Part shown: positions 25,082 to 38,837 of the stretch, piece by piece
Position numbering within the stretch: the first letter of the stretch is position 1
How the letters are laid out: each line of letters starts with the position of its first letter
Assembly (NCBI RefSeq): GCF_001194135.2
Contig: NC_068985.1
Span: 103,304,070 to 103,368,069, forward strand
Direction: 5' to 3'
DNA length: 64,000 bases
Source of the DNA: Octopus bimaculoides
Taxonomy: Eukaryota
Notes under the pieces: model-generated
Told to the model about the DNA's origin: nothing
What the model saw: only the letters and a program-made list of their open reading frames with translations
The model's database searches: none
Program-made: the position numbers and the translations under genes

Positions 25082-25480
25082 GTAAATGGTTATTCACTTA
25101 GATTTGCAATACATTATACTTTTTACTTAAACACTTCACCCTCAGTTCTTTGGCATCATATACATAAATATGGAAAATGACAACTTATCACACAAAAAAT
25201 TCATTTTTAGTTAGATTGAAGAAGCCTGTCTATGTAAAAGGCTCTTAGGAATTAAAGTAATGAATATCTTCGATTAAGAGCCTGAAAGGTGAAAAATTGT
25301 ATGATGAAAGATACATTTATTGTAATCATATGCAGGCATTTTACAAAAAGCCTTTGAAGATGATCTGGCAACTTATGTTGCTGAAATTAGATAATGTTAG
25401 TTAAGAATCATGGAATAATGTAAATAAATATTCATATTCTGTCAATCAGTATGTATCTAGCTCATTTGCTATGATTTTAG

Positions 25481-25505
25481 GTTAATCTGTCTCCATTTTC
25501 TGGAG
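25481..25505 (+). CDS. candidate micro-exon (VNLSPFSG)
   Basis: Acceptor gctatgattttAG, donor GAG|GTatga; 25 nt, phase 0 to 1, in frame with 25031-25081. Confidence 0.45.
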
Positions 25506-26559
25506 GTATGACTTCCTGTGTACCACTTGTCAATTATTTTAATAAACTTTTTTTGTGAATGTGTGTATGTATGAGAGAGAGCAAGAAAGAGAACATTTAG
25601 GGTCTAACCTAGCATATTTAAATTTTCTTCTTTCTAGTTAGGAGTGATTATTAATAGCATACCATACATTCTGATAAGTATGTAATAAACTTGATTATTT
25701 TCTGAGTAGTACAGCGTTAGTAGTGATATCAGTTAGATATATACTTGCAACACAGAATAAATATCTACACTTGAAACCTATAAGTTTATATAGGTTTTAG
25801 TGGATACAATTTAATATAAACCTCCCCAGCTTCATGGTGCAATCAATTTCATTATAAATTACTTCGTTCTTATTAGGTAGTTTGAGCTAGCTGCAATAAT
25901 ATTCCTTATCCAAATTCAAAACATAAAAATGGCTTGTATTAACGTTTTCAACATCTTTTTACTAGAATATTAATTATTCTGAAAAGAAAATATGCTAATC
26001 AATAATTTTATTATAATTGTGTCACTTTAGCAATCCATAAGATGCTAAACTTTTCCTATAAAATTACACTTAATGTAGCTTCTCTGTTTCTCTTTTTCTT
26101 TCATGTGAACAGAGTATGATAAAATACAAGCTTATGTTTTCAGTGCATCTTTAATGAATACTAAATATATAACATCCATTATCCTCTGATATTTCTTTCA
26201 AAGCAAATGTCAATAACTTTAAGGTTAACAATGAGAAGTTAAAATATCTTTGTGCAGTTTAACCCCCACTCCCGCTTTTGCTCATTTTTTTTTTCAGTCT
26301 CATTACTTGTTTCTCACCATCTCTCATTAGCTGTTTTTATTGCTCATGGAAACAGATACATGCTCAACCAATTCTTTTAAATTTACAAGTTAGGCTATTG
26401 CACATATACTCATTAATTTTCTTATGCATAAACTCAAACACTGAACATCTTAAAAAAAAAAAAAAAAGCTGGAGGAAGACCTGGTTATGTTACAGTTTTA
26501 AATTTTGTTTATTTCATTTGCATTTTTTCTTATTTTTTAATAAAAGGTCTAGTAATTGT

Positions 26560-26670
26560 GTATACATGTATGTATATATAATATATGTGTGTGTATATAT
26601 ATATATATTTATATTTATATATGTATATATATATATATATATAAAATATATATGTATGTATATATGTATG

Positions 26671-26701
<31 letters not shown>

Positions 26702-26869
26702 TTTCTCTTTCTCATATTCTCACTTGCTGCTGAAGACTTCATGTTTGTTTTATCGCATTGTCCATATTTCATGTATTACAATTCTCTGTGACTTTAAAAA
26801 AGATTTTTTAAAAATGAGGAGAGGTTACCACTTTCTTGTTCTAAATAATTACTTTCATTGTTATTTCCC

Positions 26870-26941
<72 letters not shown>

Positions 26942-27072
26942 CATTATTATTATTATTTCTTTATATATTAGTGTTATTTTTGTTTCTTTTGAGATATATA
27001 CATACATACACACACACACACACATGTGTGTGTATATATGTATATACGTGTGTATGTGTGTATGTATATATG

Positions 27073-27133
<61 letters not shown>

Positions 27134-27305
27134 GTATGTGTGTGTGTATAAAGGTAGCATTTTAGACTTTTGTCAAGTCATCATTTGTTTTCTGTTTTCC
27201 AAGATATTTATTTCACTAATTATTTTGGTATTTTATTACTTGTTACTATACATATATTTATATATTTGTATATATAGAATATGTATATATATATGTGTGT
27301 GGTTA

Positions 27306-27370
<65 letters not shown>
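26560..27370. repeat. compound microsatellite field: (TA)n/(TATG)n, (ATT)n at 26871-26956, (TG)n, (TA)n
   Basis: Direct inspection; explains the 294-aa ORF 26556-27440. Confidence 0.95.
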
Positions 27371-27373
<3 letters not shown>

Positions 27374-28326
27374 CAAACACAATCACAGCAAATGTTTTCA
27401 TTATATAATTATCATCTTTATCCAAACTGTTATCAGTTGAATTAGAACTTTCCACCTTTTGTTGCAAATTATCTTAAAGAGAATTATTAATATTACTACA
27501 GAGACATTTCTGGTCAAAATATATTTGAATATTAAACATTATTGACATCACATACTTAATGTGTTTTGTTTATACACTTATTAGCTTCAGAATTCCATTC
27601 AGGGAAAATTTGCAGCTAATAAGCATATAAACAAAAGACACACCTTAAGTCTGTGATACCGGTAATGTTTACATTATTAGAGCTGCTTCTAATTTGAAAT
27701 ATTTGAATATTAGTTGAATACTTTATAAAAGTATAAAAATATGAAAGAGGAAATCTGTATATATGAGCAAAATTATATATTCAAGTAGTTAATATATATA
27801 TCTTGTGGCCTGATAAAATCAGTTGAAAATTTAATGAACATTATAAATTCATTTACATTACTATAATTTTAAATCATTAATTTAATATATGTTAATGAGA
27901 TGAATATATGATCAAGATTTTACCAATTATCTTAATAGTTCACTTCAATTAGATTTGTTGAAATGTATTGCAATACAAAATCTCTTGACTGTGAATAAAG
28001 TGATAATATAATATCCATGGGAGTTAGCCCTTCATAAATTTACAACCAATATATCAGTGAACTTAGTAAGTCACTAGATAATCATGAGCACTGTTATCTT
28101 TGGATGTTGCAAATACTACTAAAAAGAGTACTCATTTGGTTCCTTGTGGTACTGAAATATTATCAACTTCACATCATTAACCTCTTGTAATATTCAAAAA
28201 ATTAAATCCATAAAGAGAAACTTCCAAAAATTCAAGAAGAAGATTATAAAGTGTGACTTGGTTTAATAAGATGTTTCGGAATTATTAATTAGATGACTAA
28301 AGCAAAAGTATTTTTCTTTACTCTAG

Positions 28327-28496
28327 TGCTTTTTAAAGCACTCCTTGTTGCTTGCAACAATGAATATCCATGTGTAGAAGTTTCTCATTTACTGCATAAA
28401 ACTTATTTTGTCATCTACAAGAAGTTGATGCAATTTGCTTACATTGAAAAAAGCCATCTTACAGAAAAGAAAAAAAGATTCCGCTCACTTACATAG
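28327..28496 (+). CDS. candidate coding exon ((V)LFKALLVACNNEYPCVEVSHLLHKTYFVIYKKLMQFAYIEKSHL...), 3' end uncertain
   Basis: Acceptor tttttctttactctAG; phase 1 matches 25481-25505; frame open to TAG at 28494-28496; no strong donor found. Confidence 0.35.
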
Positions 28497-28746
28497 TTAT
28501 ATGTCATATAATTCAAAATACAATTTTTAAAACTTAAACTAAGGAGGTCTTTGCTGAAAATCAGATGCAGAACACAGAGTTAACAGATACATAATTTGTT
28601 GTGAAGATTTTTCTGAGCTATGGGGATAGTGCAAAATGTCAAATAAACGTTTTATTGCGTCTTCTTTGATACATCAATGTTCAGAATTTATAAATGGCTT
28701 AAGTTTCATACAGATGTATTTTGTTTATTTATGATTAATTTATTGT

Positions 28747-28796
<50 letters not shown>

Positions 28797-29351
28797 CCTC
28801 ATTTTTAACAACTATAAAACAGAGTTATTTTAATAAATTTGCTTATAAATTCCATCTTCACTATTTCATTGGCTGATTCACCCTAGGATATATCAAATGA
28901 GCTTATTATCTTAAATATTGTAAAAGTAATTTTACTAACATGCCTCAGGGTATTTAGTTATATCATTTCCTTTCCAAAGTTGCCACCCAATTAAAGTCAG
29001 TTTTGCATTCCATCCTGTGGTGGGGTGTGATTAAATGTATCTGAGAATAATAGAATCAACTTAACCCAGCCTATAAAATTTGTTGTATAATAGCTGCATC
29101 AGAAAAGCTGTCAAACAATATGCCTTTCATCCTTCTAGGCCCACTAAAATATAGTATCAATCAAGTAGTGCACCTCCAATTTTTGACCTTGTGCCTATGT
29201 TAGAAAGAATTATTATTTATTTATAACTCTCTGGACTAATATGTAATGGAAAAATTACCACTATCAATCAAAGGGACAGCAATTCATGCTATTCTCTAGA
29301 AATTTTACAATATATTGAGTTTACAGAAATTATGTGTGTGTACATGCATGT

Positions 29352-29382
<31 letters not shown>

Positions 29383-29409
29383 TAAAGCTGGTATACTTCA
29401 CTAGCCTGC

Positions 29410-30710
29410 AATGTCAATGTGTACATATGACAAAGTACAGCATATTGAAAGAAAAGTTGGGCATTAAAGGAATTAGAAATAGTGAGCAAAAAATGAACAC
29501 TGCTGGTATGGTCATGTAATGCATATAGATGATGACAGCTGCATAAAGAAGTGTTGATGATTAAATCCTTATAAAATTTGTAGGAGAAGGAAATAGAAAG
29601 CCATGGAATGAAATAGCAAAGATTAACCTCAAGTTGTTGAGCCTTATAGAGGAGATGATAGTGGACTGAGATTATTGCTGATTAAAGAAGACTCAACCAT
29701 CTGAGCAAAATTGAGGTCCTAAAAACATACCATTTACATCTATGCCCCTGCACCCAATCTGTACCTGTGAAGCCTCCCCACAGTTTATCTGCATAACTCC
29801 AATCCCTTCCTTTCTTCACCCTTCTAATTACTTCCTCAGCCACTGTAATTATGTGAGGAGAAATCCACACATTACATTCCTGCCTTTTTTGCTATCAGTT
29901 ATCCCTCTCCTTGGAACTACTTACCTCATCAACCATCCCACATTGTCAACATCATCTCTTACCACATGTACCTCTTACCTCCATCTCTATCTCTGTACAT
30001 CCTTCTCTCACTCCCACACTTCAAATAATCTCCCTCTTTCTCCATCTGTAGTTGTAATGTATCATTACTCTCCATCTCTTCCATTTTATGTACCTGAACC
30101 TATTTCCTTCTCTTTGACCCACTCCTTTTTCCTTTACCCTCATCCCCAAGCGAGATTCATCATTGAATGCAATTCCATCTGTGTTCACCATTTACTCCAT
30201 TTACTTTTATCCCCATCTCTAACCATCTGTCATCTTTCCTCATCCTTGTGAACCAACCCATCCAGCCATCCTCAATTTTTTGTCCCTTTTCTCTCTCTAT
30301 CCACCTTTTTGTTCCTGTATGATATGCCCTGACACTTCATTTCCATCATCCTTTCTTCCTTTCCAACTCTGGTAGCCATTCCTCTACAGCAAGACATCAT
30401 CTCTCTCATAATTTACCCTCTCAATACCTGATACAAAGCCACCCCTGTCAATACTACATCCCCACTCTGTCGAAGGGTCTTGTGAGAGCTGTTTCATGAC
30501 ACCACTAGTGCTGGTGTCACAAAAACTCCATCTAGTACCCTCAGTGAAGTGGTTAGCTTTGGCTTTAGGAAGTGCATCTGGCTGTGGAAACCTTGTCAAA
30601 GCAGACACTGGATTGCAATGCAGTCAATCTGGCTTGTCAGATCCTTTTGAACAATCCAATCCAGGCTTCTATAGAACAAACATCTTAAATAATGCTATTG
30701 CTGATGATGA
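29410..30710 (+). mobile_element. RTE LINE 3' portion: RT C-terminus, pyrimidine-rich segment, tail
   Basis: SILKEKLGIKGIR homologous to 43620-43740; tail ggaagtgcatctggctgtggaaacc...(gat)n. Confidence 0.65.
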
Positions 30711-30834
30711 TACACACACATATATATGAACATATAAATGCATGACATGTGTGTCTGTATACACACACACACACACACACACATGCATGCACACACACAC
30801 ACACATGCATGCACACACACATGCTTACACATAT

Positions 30835-31513
30835 ACTGGGTGCAGTGAATATATTGTTGTCTAAATTATGCAAAAATGAAAATAACACTGACATCTCATT
30901 TTAACAAATATATTTACTGAAATTACATAAAAATATTTTGAAATACTACAGAGTAAATTTATTCACTAAAATTGTGTTTGGCTTCAACCATGGCCTCCAG
31001 ACAACTTTGGAATCTCCTGCAACTCTTCTGGACGGTCTCCTTGTTTAAGCTGGTGAACGCTGCCATAATCCTTGCCTTCAGTTCATCTTTGGTATTGCAA
31101 AGGAGTTTTGTTGGCCTAACTGTGTCCCACACATAATAATCAAGGGGTTGCAGTCCGAGGAGTTAAGGTGGCCAGATGTTAGGTGTGATATGGTCGCAGA
31201 AATTGTCTGACAGCCATCACTGGGTTCTCCTGCTTGTGTGGCATGGTGCAGAGTCCTGTTACTAGACATAGGGTCTTCCAGCAGCCACCCTCTTGACCCA
31301 GGGCAGCACTACCTCCTCCCTTATTTCTAGGGGCATATATTCCAGGTGTGCTAGATGTACACTGCACAATCAGAAAATATGGCAAATTCATTATAAATAT
31401 TAAGCTTATTAGTTTAATCACAAATTACAATGGAAAACTTTTGTTATACTCCTGCTTGAAATTTGGTGACAGGTATCCTGAAATAACACTGCACACCTCA
31501 CAGTATACTGTAT
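30835..31513 (-). mobile_element. internally deleted maT (DD37D)-like transposon
   Basis: Minus strand QDSAPCHTSR..Q.WLSDNF..HITPNIWP.NSSDCNPLDYYVWD..LEAMVEAK; imperfect terminal repeats ctgggtgcagtg / cactgcac..cag. Confidence 0.75.
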
Positions 31514-32137
31514 CATAATATGGTACTGGGCGTATTGTCAGATAATGGGAGAATGGCAAAAAATTAATGGCAAAGGGTGTGAGACAGTCTTGACAACATG
31601 GTCACATGTTCATTTTTGTGGCAGAAAGTTGTGTTTAAATTAATTTAAAATTCCTAAACTAAAACATTTTTTTTACAATAATTTTTTTCTTACAATATCA
31701 TCATATAACTTTGATTTTAATTTGTTTTTAAAACTAATAATACACTTTTAGAATTCAGAAACAAAACTTAAGTCAGGTCAAATTCTGAAAGATTGTGCGT
31801 TGATATTTTGCTCAGTGAATTTTGTGATTTTCTTAGTTGTGTGCTTAATCATTTTATTCAAAATTCAATTAGTGTTGATCTCAAATGCTTTTACAATCAC
31901 AGAAATGCGTGCTTTTAATTTCATTTTCACTGATTATGAACTGATTAGTAACAAAATTTAAAAGCTTTGTAGCCTAAATTTTAAAAGCAGTTTTTCATAA
32001 ATTTGAATGATTTAATCTTGGAGAAGTATTTTTATGTAAAACTATTTCATATATTATTGTTATGTGTTTAATTTTCAAAGAGATATCGTGTGCCTAATTT
32101 GAGTAACACTAACGTTATTCATAGTATGGTCAGTATG

Positions 32138-32518
32138 TTGGCACTCCGTCGGTTACGACGACGAGAGTTCCAGTTGATCTGATCAACGGAACAGCCTGCT
32201 CGTGAAATTAACGTGCAAGTGGCTGAGCACTCCACAGACACATGTACCTTTAATGTAGTTCTCGGGGATATTCAGCGTGACACAGAGTGTGACAAGGCTG
32301 GCCCTTTGAATTACAGGCACAACAGAAACAAGAAGATAGAGTGAGAGAAAGTTGTGGTGAAAGAGTACAGCAGGGTTCGCCACCACCCCCTGCCGGAGCC
32401 TCGTGGAGCTTTAAGTGTTTTCGCTCAATAAACACTCACAATGCCTGGTCTGGGAATCGAAACCACGATCCTACGACCACGTGTCCGCTGCCCTAACCAC
32501 TGGGCCATTGCACCTCCA
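32138..32518 (-). mobile_element. full-length tRNA-derived SINE
   Basis: tRNA-like head tggaggtgcaatggcccagtggttagggcagcggac; flanked by direct repeat ATGGTCAGT; close match to 38838-39227. Confidence 0.9.
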
Positions 32519-33189
32519 TGGTCAGTTTGACAGCACACCCAATGACAGCAGCCACCATATGCCACTGCTTATTTCCCCATTGAATGGTTACTGGCAGAAA
32601 AGGCATACACATGAAATGCAATTGTTACAACCAATAAGTACTCCAAGTCATGCAAACAGAGAAAAATAGATTTAAAACTGTAAGAAATAGAAAAAATATA
32701 AGAAGAGAATTACAGGTTGATAGAAACAGCATCACTTACACCTGACTTTGAATAATAGCATAAAAATAATTTTTGGTTTAGGAAAAGGGTGACCAATTTT
32801 AGAGAAGGAATATTATCAAATAATTGATTCCAGTTCTTGAATGGTGTCTATTTCATTACTCTGAGAAGTATAAGAAAACAAAGTTGACCTAGTAAGAAAA
32901 ACATACAATTAAATACTAATAGACCAATACTCCTTCAGTTTTGCTAACTGCTGCGCTGATGATAACTGGGTTATGAGTGAGAAAGGAGTTTGGGGATGAT
33001 CGATCAAGTCCTAAAATTTATTGATAATCTCCCTTGAATTAACTCCTAAAGTTTTAATAAAGAAAGAATATATTCAATAATGTAATCTAACACACTACAT
33101 TTAAGTGATCAAAGAGAATAAAACCTTTACTTAAAGTTGTCCTGCAATTAAACAACCAGGAGAATCACATTTGCTAAGCAGTTTATGTG

Positions 33190-33255
<66 letters not shown>

Positions 33256-33371
33256 AAATATACATGTATGTGTATTTGAAAAAAGATTTTGCTTAATTAC
33301 AAATGCTTAAGTCTATGAAAAATCAGATTAACAAAGGGCCTTATTGAAAGAAGTAATAATTTTTTATTTAG

Positions 33372-33414
33372 GAAAATTTTGTTTCAAATATTGTAGCTGT
33401 AGGCTGTAATCAAA
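33372..33414 (+). CDS. candidate micro-exon (ENFVSNIVAVGCNQ)
   Basis: Acceptor ataattttttatttAG; donor GTactt is weak. Confidence 0.2.
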
Positions 33415-34269
33415 GTACTTGTCTAAAAAATGTTTAATAGATACACACAAATTCTTGTATAAATGTGAGTGTGTGTGTGTATGTAGATATTGATACATGT
33501 GCACACACACATAAGTATATGTATACTTATGACTGTATGTATATAAATAATTGAAATAAATAGTACAGCAATTAGACTTTTCTTTTTTGTTGATACACTA
33601 TTTAGACTGGTGTTTAAAATAATCAAAGTGTTTAGTCCAAAGGGCTGTTTCTCTGAGACAAACCTGTATTGTAACCAATCTTTATTTTACACTGGGAGAA
33701 TACAGAGTTTTTATTTACTAATATAAAAGATATATCTTGCTGATATCCTTTAAGAAGCCCTTGCTTTGCAACTGACCCATGAGTGAAACCAGTTAAGGAA
33801 TAAAAGGATAATATTATTGATGTTAGCTTTAAAAAAAGCACCATGTTCAAACACATTCAATTTTAAACTAATATGTGTAACTCCTTGTCTAGGTTGGTTT
33901 CAAAACTGTGATATTGCATATAATTACTAGATTTTATATATTCAAATGATATTTGTACAGGATTGGCACAATAAAAAAAATTCTTTATTATGCATAGGAA
34001 ATATGATAGGTATGTGTAAAATATATATTATCTTCCTATCTGTGTATAGGAATATACTCTGTGTCTATGTATACATATGCATTTGTGCATATATGCATAT
34101 ATACACACAGATACACACACACATGCATAAGCATACGCACATATAAGTGTTGCTTAGTATATCTATGTATGTGAATATGTGAATATATATATACATACAT
34201 GAATATATATACGTGAGTCATCTAAGAAACCATAAGTCAGGGAAAAGATGCACTCATATACATTTTGAA

Positions 34270-34383
34270 TTATATATATATCGTCGTCGTTTAATGTCCG
34301 CTTTCCATGCTAGTATGGGTTGGACAATTTGACTGAGGACTGGTGGACCAGGAGGCGACACCAGGCTCCAATCTGATTGGATA
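34270..34383 (-). mobile_element. RTE tail element truncated by assembly gap
   Basis: cgtttaatgtccgctttccatgctagtatgggttggac nearly identical to 41737-41830. Confidence 0.75.
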
Positions 34384-34940
34384 NNNNNNNNNNNNNNNNN
34401 NNNNNNNNNNNNNNNNNNNNNNNNNNNNNNNNNNNNNNNNNNNNNNNNNNNNNNNNNNNNNNNNNNNNNNNNNNNNNNNNNNNNNNNNNNNNNNNNNNNN
34501 NNNNNNNNNNNNNNNNNNNNNNNNNNNNNNNNNNNNNNNNNNNNNNNNNNNNNNNNNNNNNNNNNNNNNNNNNNNNNNNNNNNNNNNNNNNNNNNNNNNN
34601 NNNNNNNNNNNNNNNNNNNNNNNNNNNNNNNNNNNNNNNNNNNNNNNNNNNNNNNNNNNNNNNNNNNNNNNNNNNNNNNNNNNNNNNNNNNNNNNNNNNN
34701 NNNNNNNNNNNNNNNNNNNNNNNNNNNNNNNNNNNNNNNNNNNNNNNNNNNNNNNNNNNNNNNNNNNNNNNNNNNNNNNNNNNNNNNNNNNNNNNNNNNN
34801 NNNNNNNNNNNNNNNNNNNNNNNNNNNNNNNNNNNNNNNNNNNNNNNNNNNNNNNNNNNNNNNNNNNNNNNNNNNNNNNNNNNNNNNNNNNNNNNNNNNN
34901 NNNNNNNNNNNNNNNNNNNNNNNNNNNNNNNNNNNNNNNN
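34384..34940. other. assembly gap (N run)
   Basis: Ns. Confidence 1.
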
Positions 34941-35379
34941 NAAAAAAAAAAAAAAAAAAAAGAAATTAAAGAATAAAAATGTGGAAAAAAAAATATGTAT
35001 AACAAAAAAGTCACAGTAACTGTGGTGATTTGGTTTCTTTGTCCTTAACTGACCACACTCTAAATGGTTCTTTCCAGGTACCTCCTCCAATGTTACCTTG
35101 GTGTTTGTTGGTACTTAACCTTTTCTTCATGTTATTCTCGTCTCGATGTCTGTTGGTCTGACTGTACCCTATTCCTATTTTGACCCCCGTTCCTTCAATT
35201 ATTAATCTGTCGTTGTCACTTGTCTGCTAGTGTTTTCTTTCTTTTTTTTTTCATGCTATGAGGTTTATCAATTTTTTTTTTGTCTTATTTTAATTTATTA
35301 ATTTTGACATTTTTTCCCTTTTTTATTTTTAAAATTATGTTTTCTAATCAACAACTTTTATTATTACCACACAATCAAT

Positions 35380-35411
<32 letters not shown>

Positions 35412-37254
35412 TCACTACTACTACTCTTTTTTTTATGAGTAATAATAGAGTCTATTGCAATAGTACAACTTTTATATCACTTTTCACACCATATGTTTCG
35501 TAGATTTGGCATATGGAAGTATATTTCTCTTTTTATTTGACACTTGAGTGAAGTAAGTGAAGATAATGCACATTTTAGTATTAGAGGCAATTAAAATGAC
35601 TAGTGGTTTATGAAATCACAATACTTGATCCTGAAGTGCACTAAATCACCTATTTTTGCCTCTGCACAAATTCATTAATACAAACCAAGATTTATAACCC
35701 AATCAAATAATATTTATAACTGCATATTTAATTAAAAAAAATTGAATTAAAAAAGAAATTTTTGAAAATTGTACTGAAAAAAAATCTACTAATAACCATT
35801 GCTGTTTTTAACATTTATGCAAGGCCTCAATTTTGTAATAGGTTGAGATTATATGATGCTCTTTCTTTTCTTAATATGAGTAAAGTTATCTGAGCATGTT
35901 CTGAAACTGGATGCTTGATTTGATTTATTGAGAATTGACTTCTACCCTGTAATTGTTTAGGTAAATGACCCCAGATTTACAGACATAGAGAAAATGGGAG
36001 AATTTTGTCTTTGTAACTTTTATGGTTCATTAGCAACATAATGCAGAAATCAGGGATCCAAACTGGTTTAGTATCACAGTTCAGTTAAAATTCACTGGAG
36101 TACAGTTGTTTTTGAATTTTATTTCATATTAATGACAGCAGTGGAAATTTTATGCCATTTTAAAGATTAAAACAATGAAAATGTCCCTGAAAAGAATATT
36201 TTTAATTTCAATGAATTAAAATGAAGAATTATTAATATTTAGTGAATTATTAGACTTGGTTATTATTGAGTAAACTACTTCATATTTTATGTCCTTATAA
36301 TATTACCAATGTAAGATTATATATGTAACTACCTGCCTTTTTCATGCCATTTATCACATCTCCCTTAGTATTACATACCTCACACTGTCTTTTACACTAA
36401 TTCTCTGAATGAATGAAATAGAAAATGTTGGGTGTGGGGTGAAGTGTTCTAAAATATTGCTTACTAACAAATGGTGCTGACATCAGTGTATGTTGGCTGG
36501 TCACAGAGTTCAAGAGAGCTTTCATGTGGTAACTTATTCTACTGTAAATAGCAACCAATTCTTGCTTTTTCTCACCCTAATGTCTGAAAGGATATACCAA
36601 GCATTGTAATTTTAATATTCAAAAATGTAGTATGCTCATGTCTGGAACACATTATCCTAAGTTCAATCTATCACATTTGATATGGAGCTAAGCAACAGCA
36701 ATCTAGTTCCTTTGAGCCCATGATTAAATAAATACATTAATTAGACAATACAGTTTTCTCATATTAAAAGAACATTTTGTATTTATAAGATTAGATGCAG
36801 GCACATCTGAAAAAAATTAGATTATACAAATTTAATAAGTAGGTCACAGTCTGAATTCTAAATTCATCAATATTTCAAGAATCCTATATTAAGTTGGGTC
36901 AGTTGTTCCTTTTGTTGAGCTTTCCAGCTTGCTACTATGTATAGGCTTGAGAATTGCCAGATATCTAAAACTTAAAATGTATTTTATCATGGTCATCATA
37001 TGTACGAGATGGCTTGGTACTAATGTGTTATTTTTATGTATTTTATCAATCATAAATGGTTTAAATTTTGAAATGAAATTAGGACAGATATGAGCACAAG
37101 AAAATGATGTGTATTACATCAATGGTTTTCTATCATTTTCCTAAATAACAACAATTACCACTACTACTGCTACTGCTGCTACCACTACTACTACTACTGC
37201 TGATAATAATAATATTAATGATAATAATAATAATAATAATAATAATAATCCTTT

Positions 37255-37455
37255 GTACTATAGGCACAATTTGGCGGGAAGGGGCAAGTCAATTAGATCA
37301 ACTCCAGTATGCAACTGGTACTTAATTTATCAACCCTGAAAGGGTAAAAAAAAAAAGTTGACCTCGGCAGAATTTGAACTCCAAATGTAGTGACAGGTGA
37401 AATACTGCTAAGCATTTTGCTTGGCGTACTAACAATTCTGCCAGCTCACCACCTT
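37255..37455 (-). mobile_element. abundant SINE (ttctgagttcaaattc / tttgcctttcatcctttc family)
   Basis: Reverse complement of the SINE at 59967-60172, between (AAT)n and (ACT)n runs. Confidence 0.8.
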
Positions 37456-37479
37456 CATTACTATTACTACTACTACTAC

Positions 37480-37518
<39 letters not shown>

Positions 37519-37809
37519 TAATAATAATAATAGTGTTTCTTCTGTTAAGTGCACATTCGGTAATTTTTTTTAAAGAATTGGCTTAGAAACATTAAGTAAT
37601 GTGTATTGCTAAAAGTGATGCACTTCGGCATGAGTGCTATTCTATTTCTATTTCTTGTCCTTTTTAATCTGTGTAGTGAATCTAATAAATGTCTCTTTTA
37701 GTGCTTGCCACATTTATACTAATATGCAGATTTGAGGAATTGAAAGCAATCTAAAAATAAACCATGTAATATGTGGCAGTTACTATAACTAATCTTGCTT
37801 CATGAACAG

Positions 37810-37833
37810 TCTGCATACATTTGCTGGAGTACA
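37810..37833 (+). CDS. candidate micro-exon (frame ambiguous)
   Basis: Acceptor cttgcttcatgaacAG, consensus donor GTAAGT; 24 nt open in all three frames. Confidence 0.2.
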
Positions 37834-38248
37834 GTAAGTACATAACTATACGTTGAAAACATTGGAGATGATAGTGCATTGGACTATATCAGTTATTGTA
37901 TTTAGGTTTGTTCCTCTCTATTTGAAGTTAAGTTTTGCTCAGACTGATATTACCTTTTAGTTTTTCTGCATCAATAAATGCACTGGGGTTTCTTCAGTTA
38001 ATTATTAATTTTACTTAAAAGTATTGTCCAAGACCCCTGTGAAAACTAAATTTTAAAAAAATGTGTTTCTTGCATAATCAAAAGTCATATTTATTAAAGG
38101 TGAGGAAACTATAAATGTTATTAATGAAGTCACGTGGTTAAACTTAGAAATCCATATTGCTTGTCTCACCAGGAGCTAGCTTTCAAACACTTTAATATAA
38201 CTGTTCATCATATTAGCACTTCAATTTTCTATTTATTTTAAATGAGCA

Positions 38249-38259
<11 letters not shown>

Positions 38260-38325
<66 letters not shown>

Positions 38326-38360
38326 TATAGATAGATAGATAGATATAGATAGATAGATAT
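38260..38360. repeat. (TA)n/(GATA)n microsatellite
   Basis: Direct inspection. Confidence 0.95.
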
Positions 38361-38837
38361 GCATGTGTGTGAATATTTTAGTAGATGTGTGTGTGTTTGA
38401 AGGCCATAGTTTGAATAAGAACTCTGTACATAATTATCTACAGTTTATTATCAGCAAGTAGTCCTACAAAGAACTCGTTTATTTCATGGGTTTAGTTAGT
38501 AGATTAAACAGTCTCATCGTAGACTGTGAGTTTGTTCCTTGAAGGTCAGAATACCCTGAGTGATTATATACTGGACTCATGAAATGCATGAGCTCTTCAT
38601 AAGGCATCTTGCTCATGATATGTATTCATGCATTTCACATGCTTTATCATGCTGGCGTAGGTTGGATGAAAACTTATAGAGACAGTATTTTATTGGTAGA
38701 TACTCTTCCTATTCCCAATCCCCATCAGTTTTTCAAGTAAGAGATTTTTTAAATTCCATCAGTATTGTTTACATGAGGTGAAAGACACACCATCACTATT
38801 TTGCTCAGATAGTATTCTGTGAAAATGCTGAGAATGT

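Noticed and set aside
26556-27440. 294-aa ORF
   Set aside because: Translation of (TA)n, (ATT)n and (TG)n microsatellites; same applies to the many YI/CV/HT-repeat ORFs across the window.
34254-35090. Long ORFs spanning N runs (also 54809-55730, 57576-58475, 62649-63110)
   Set aside because: Length comes from unknown bases.
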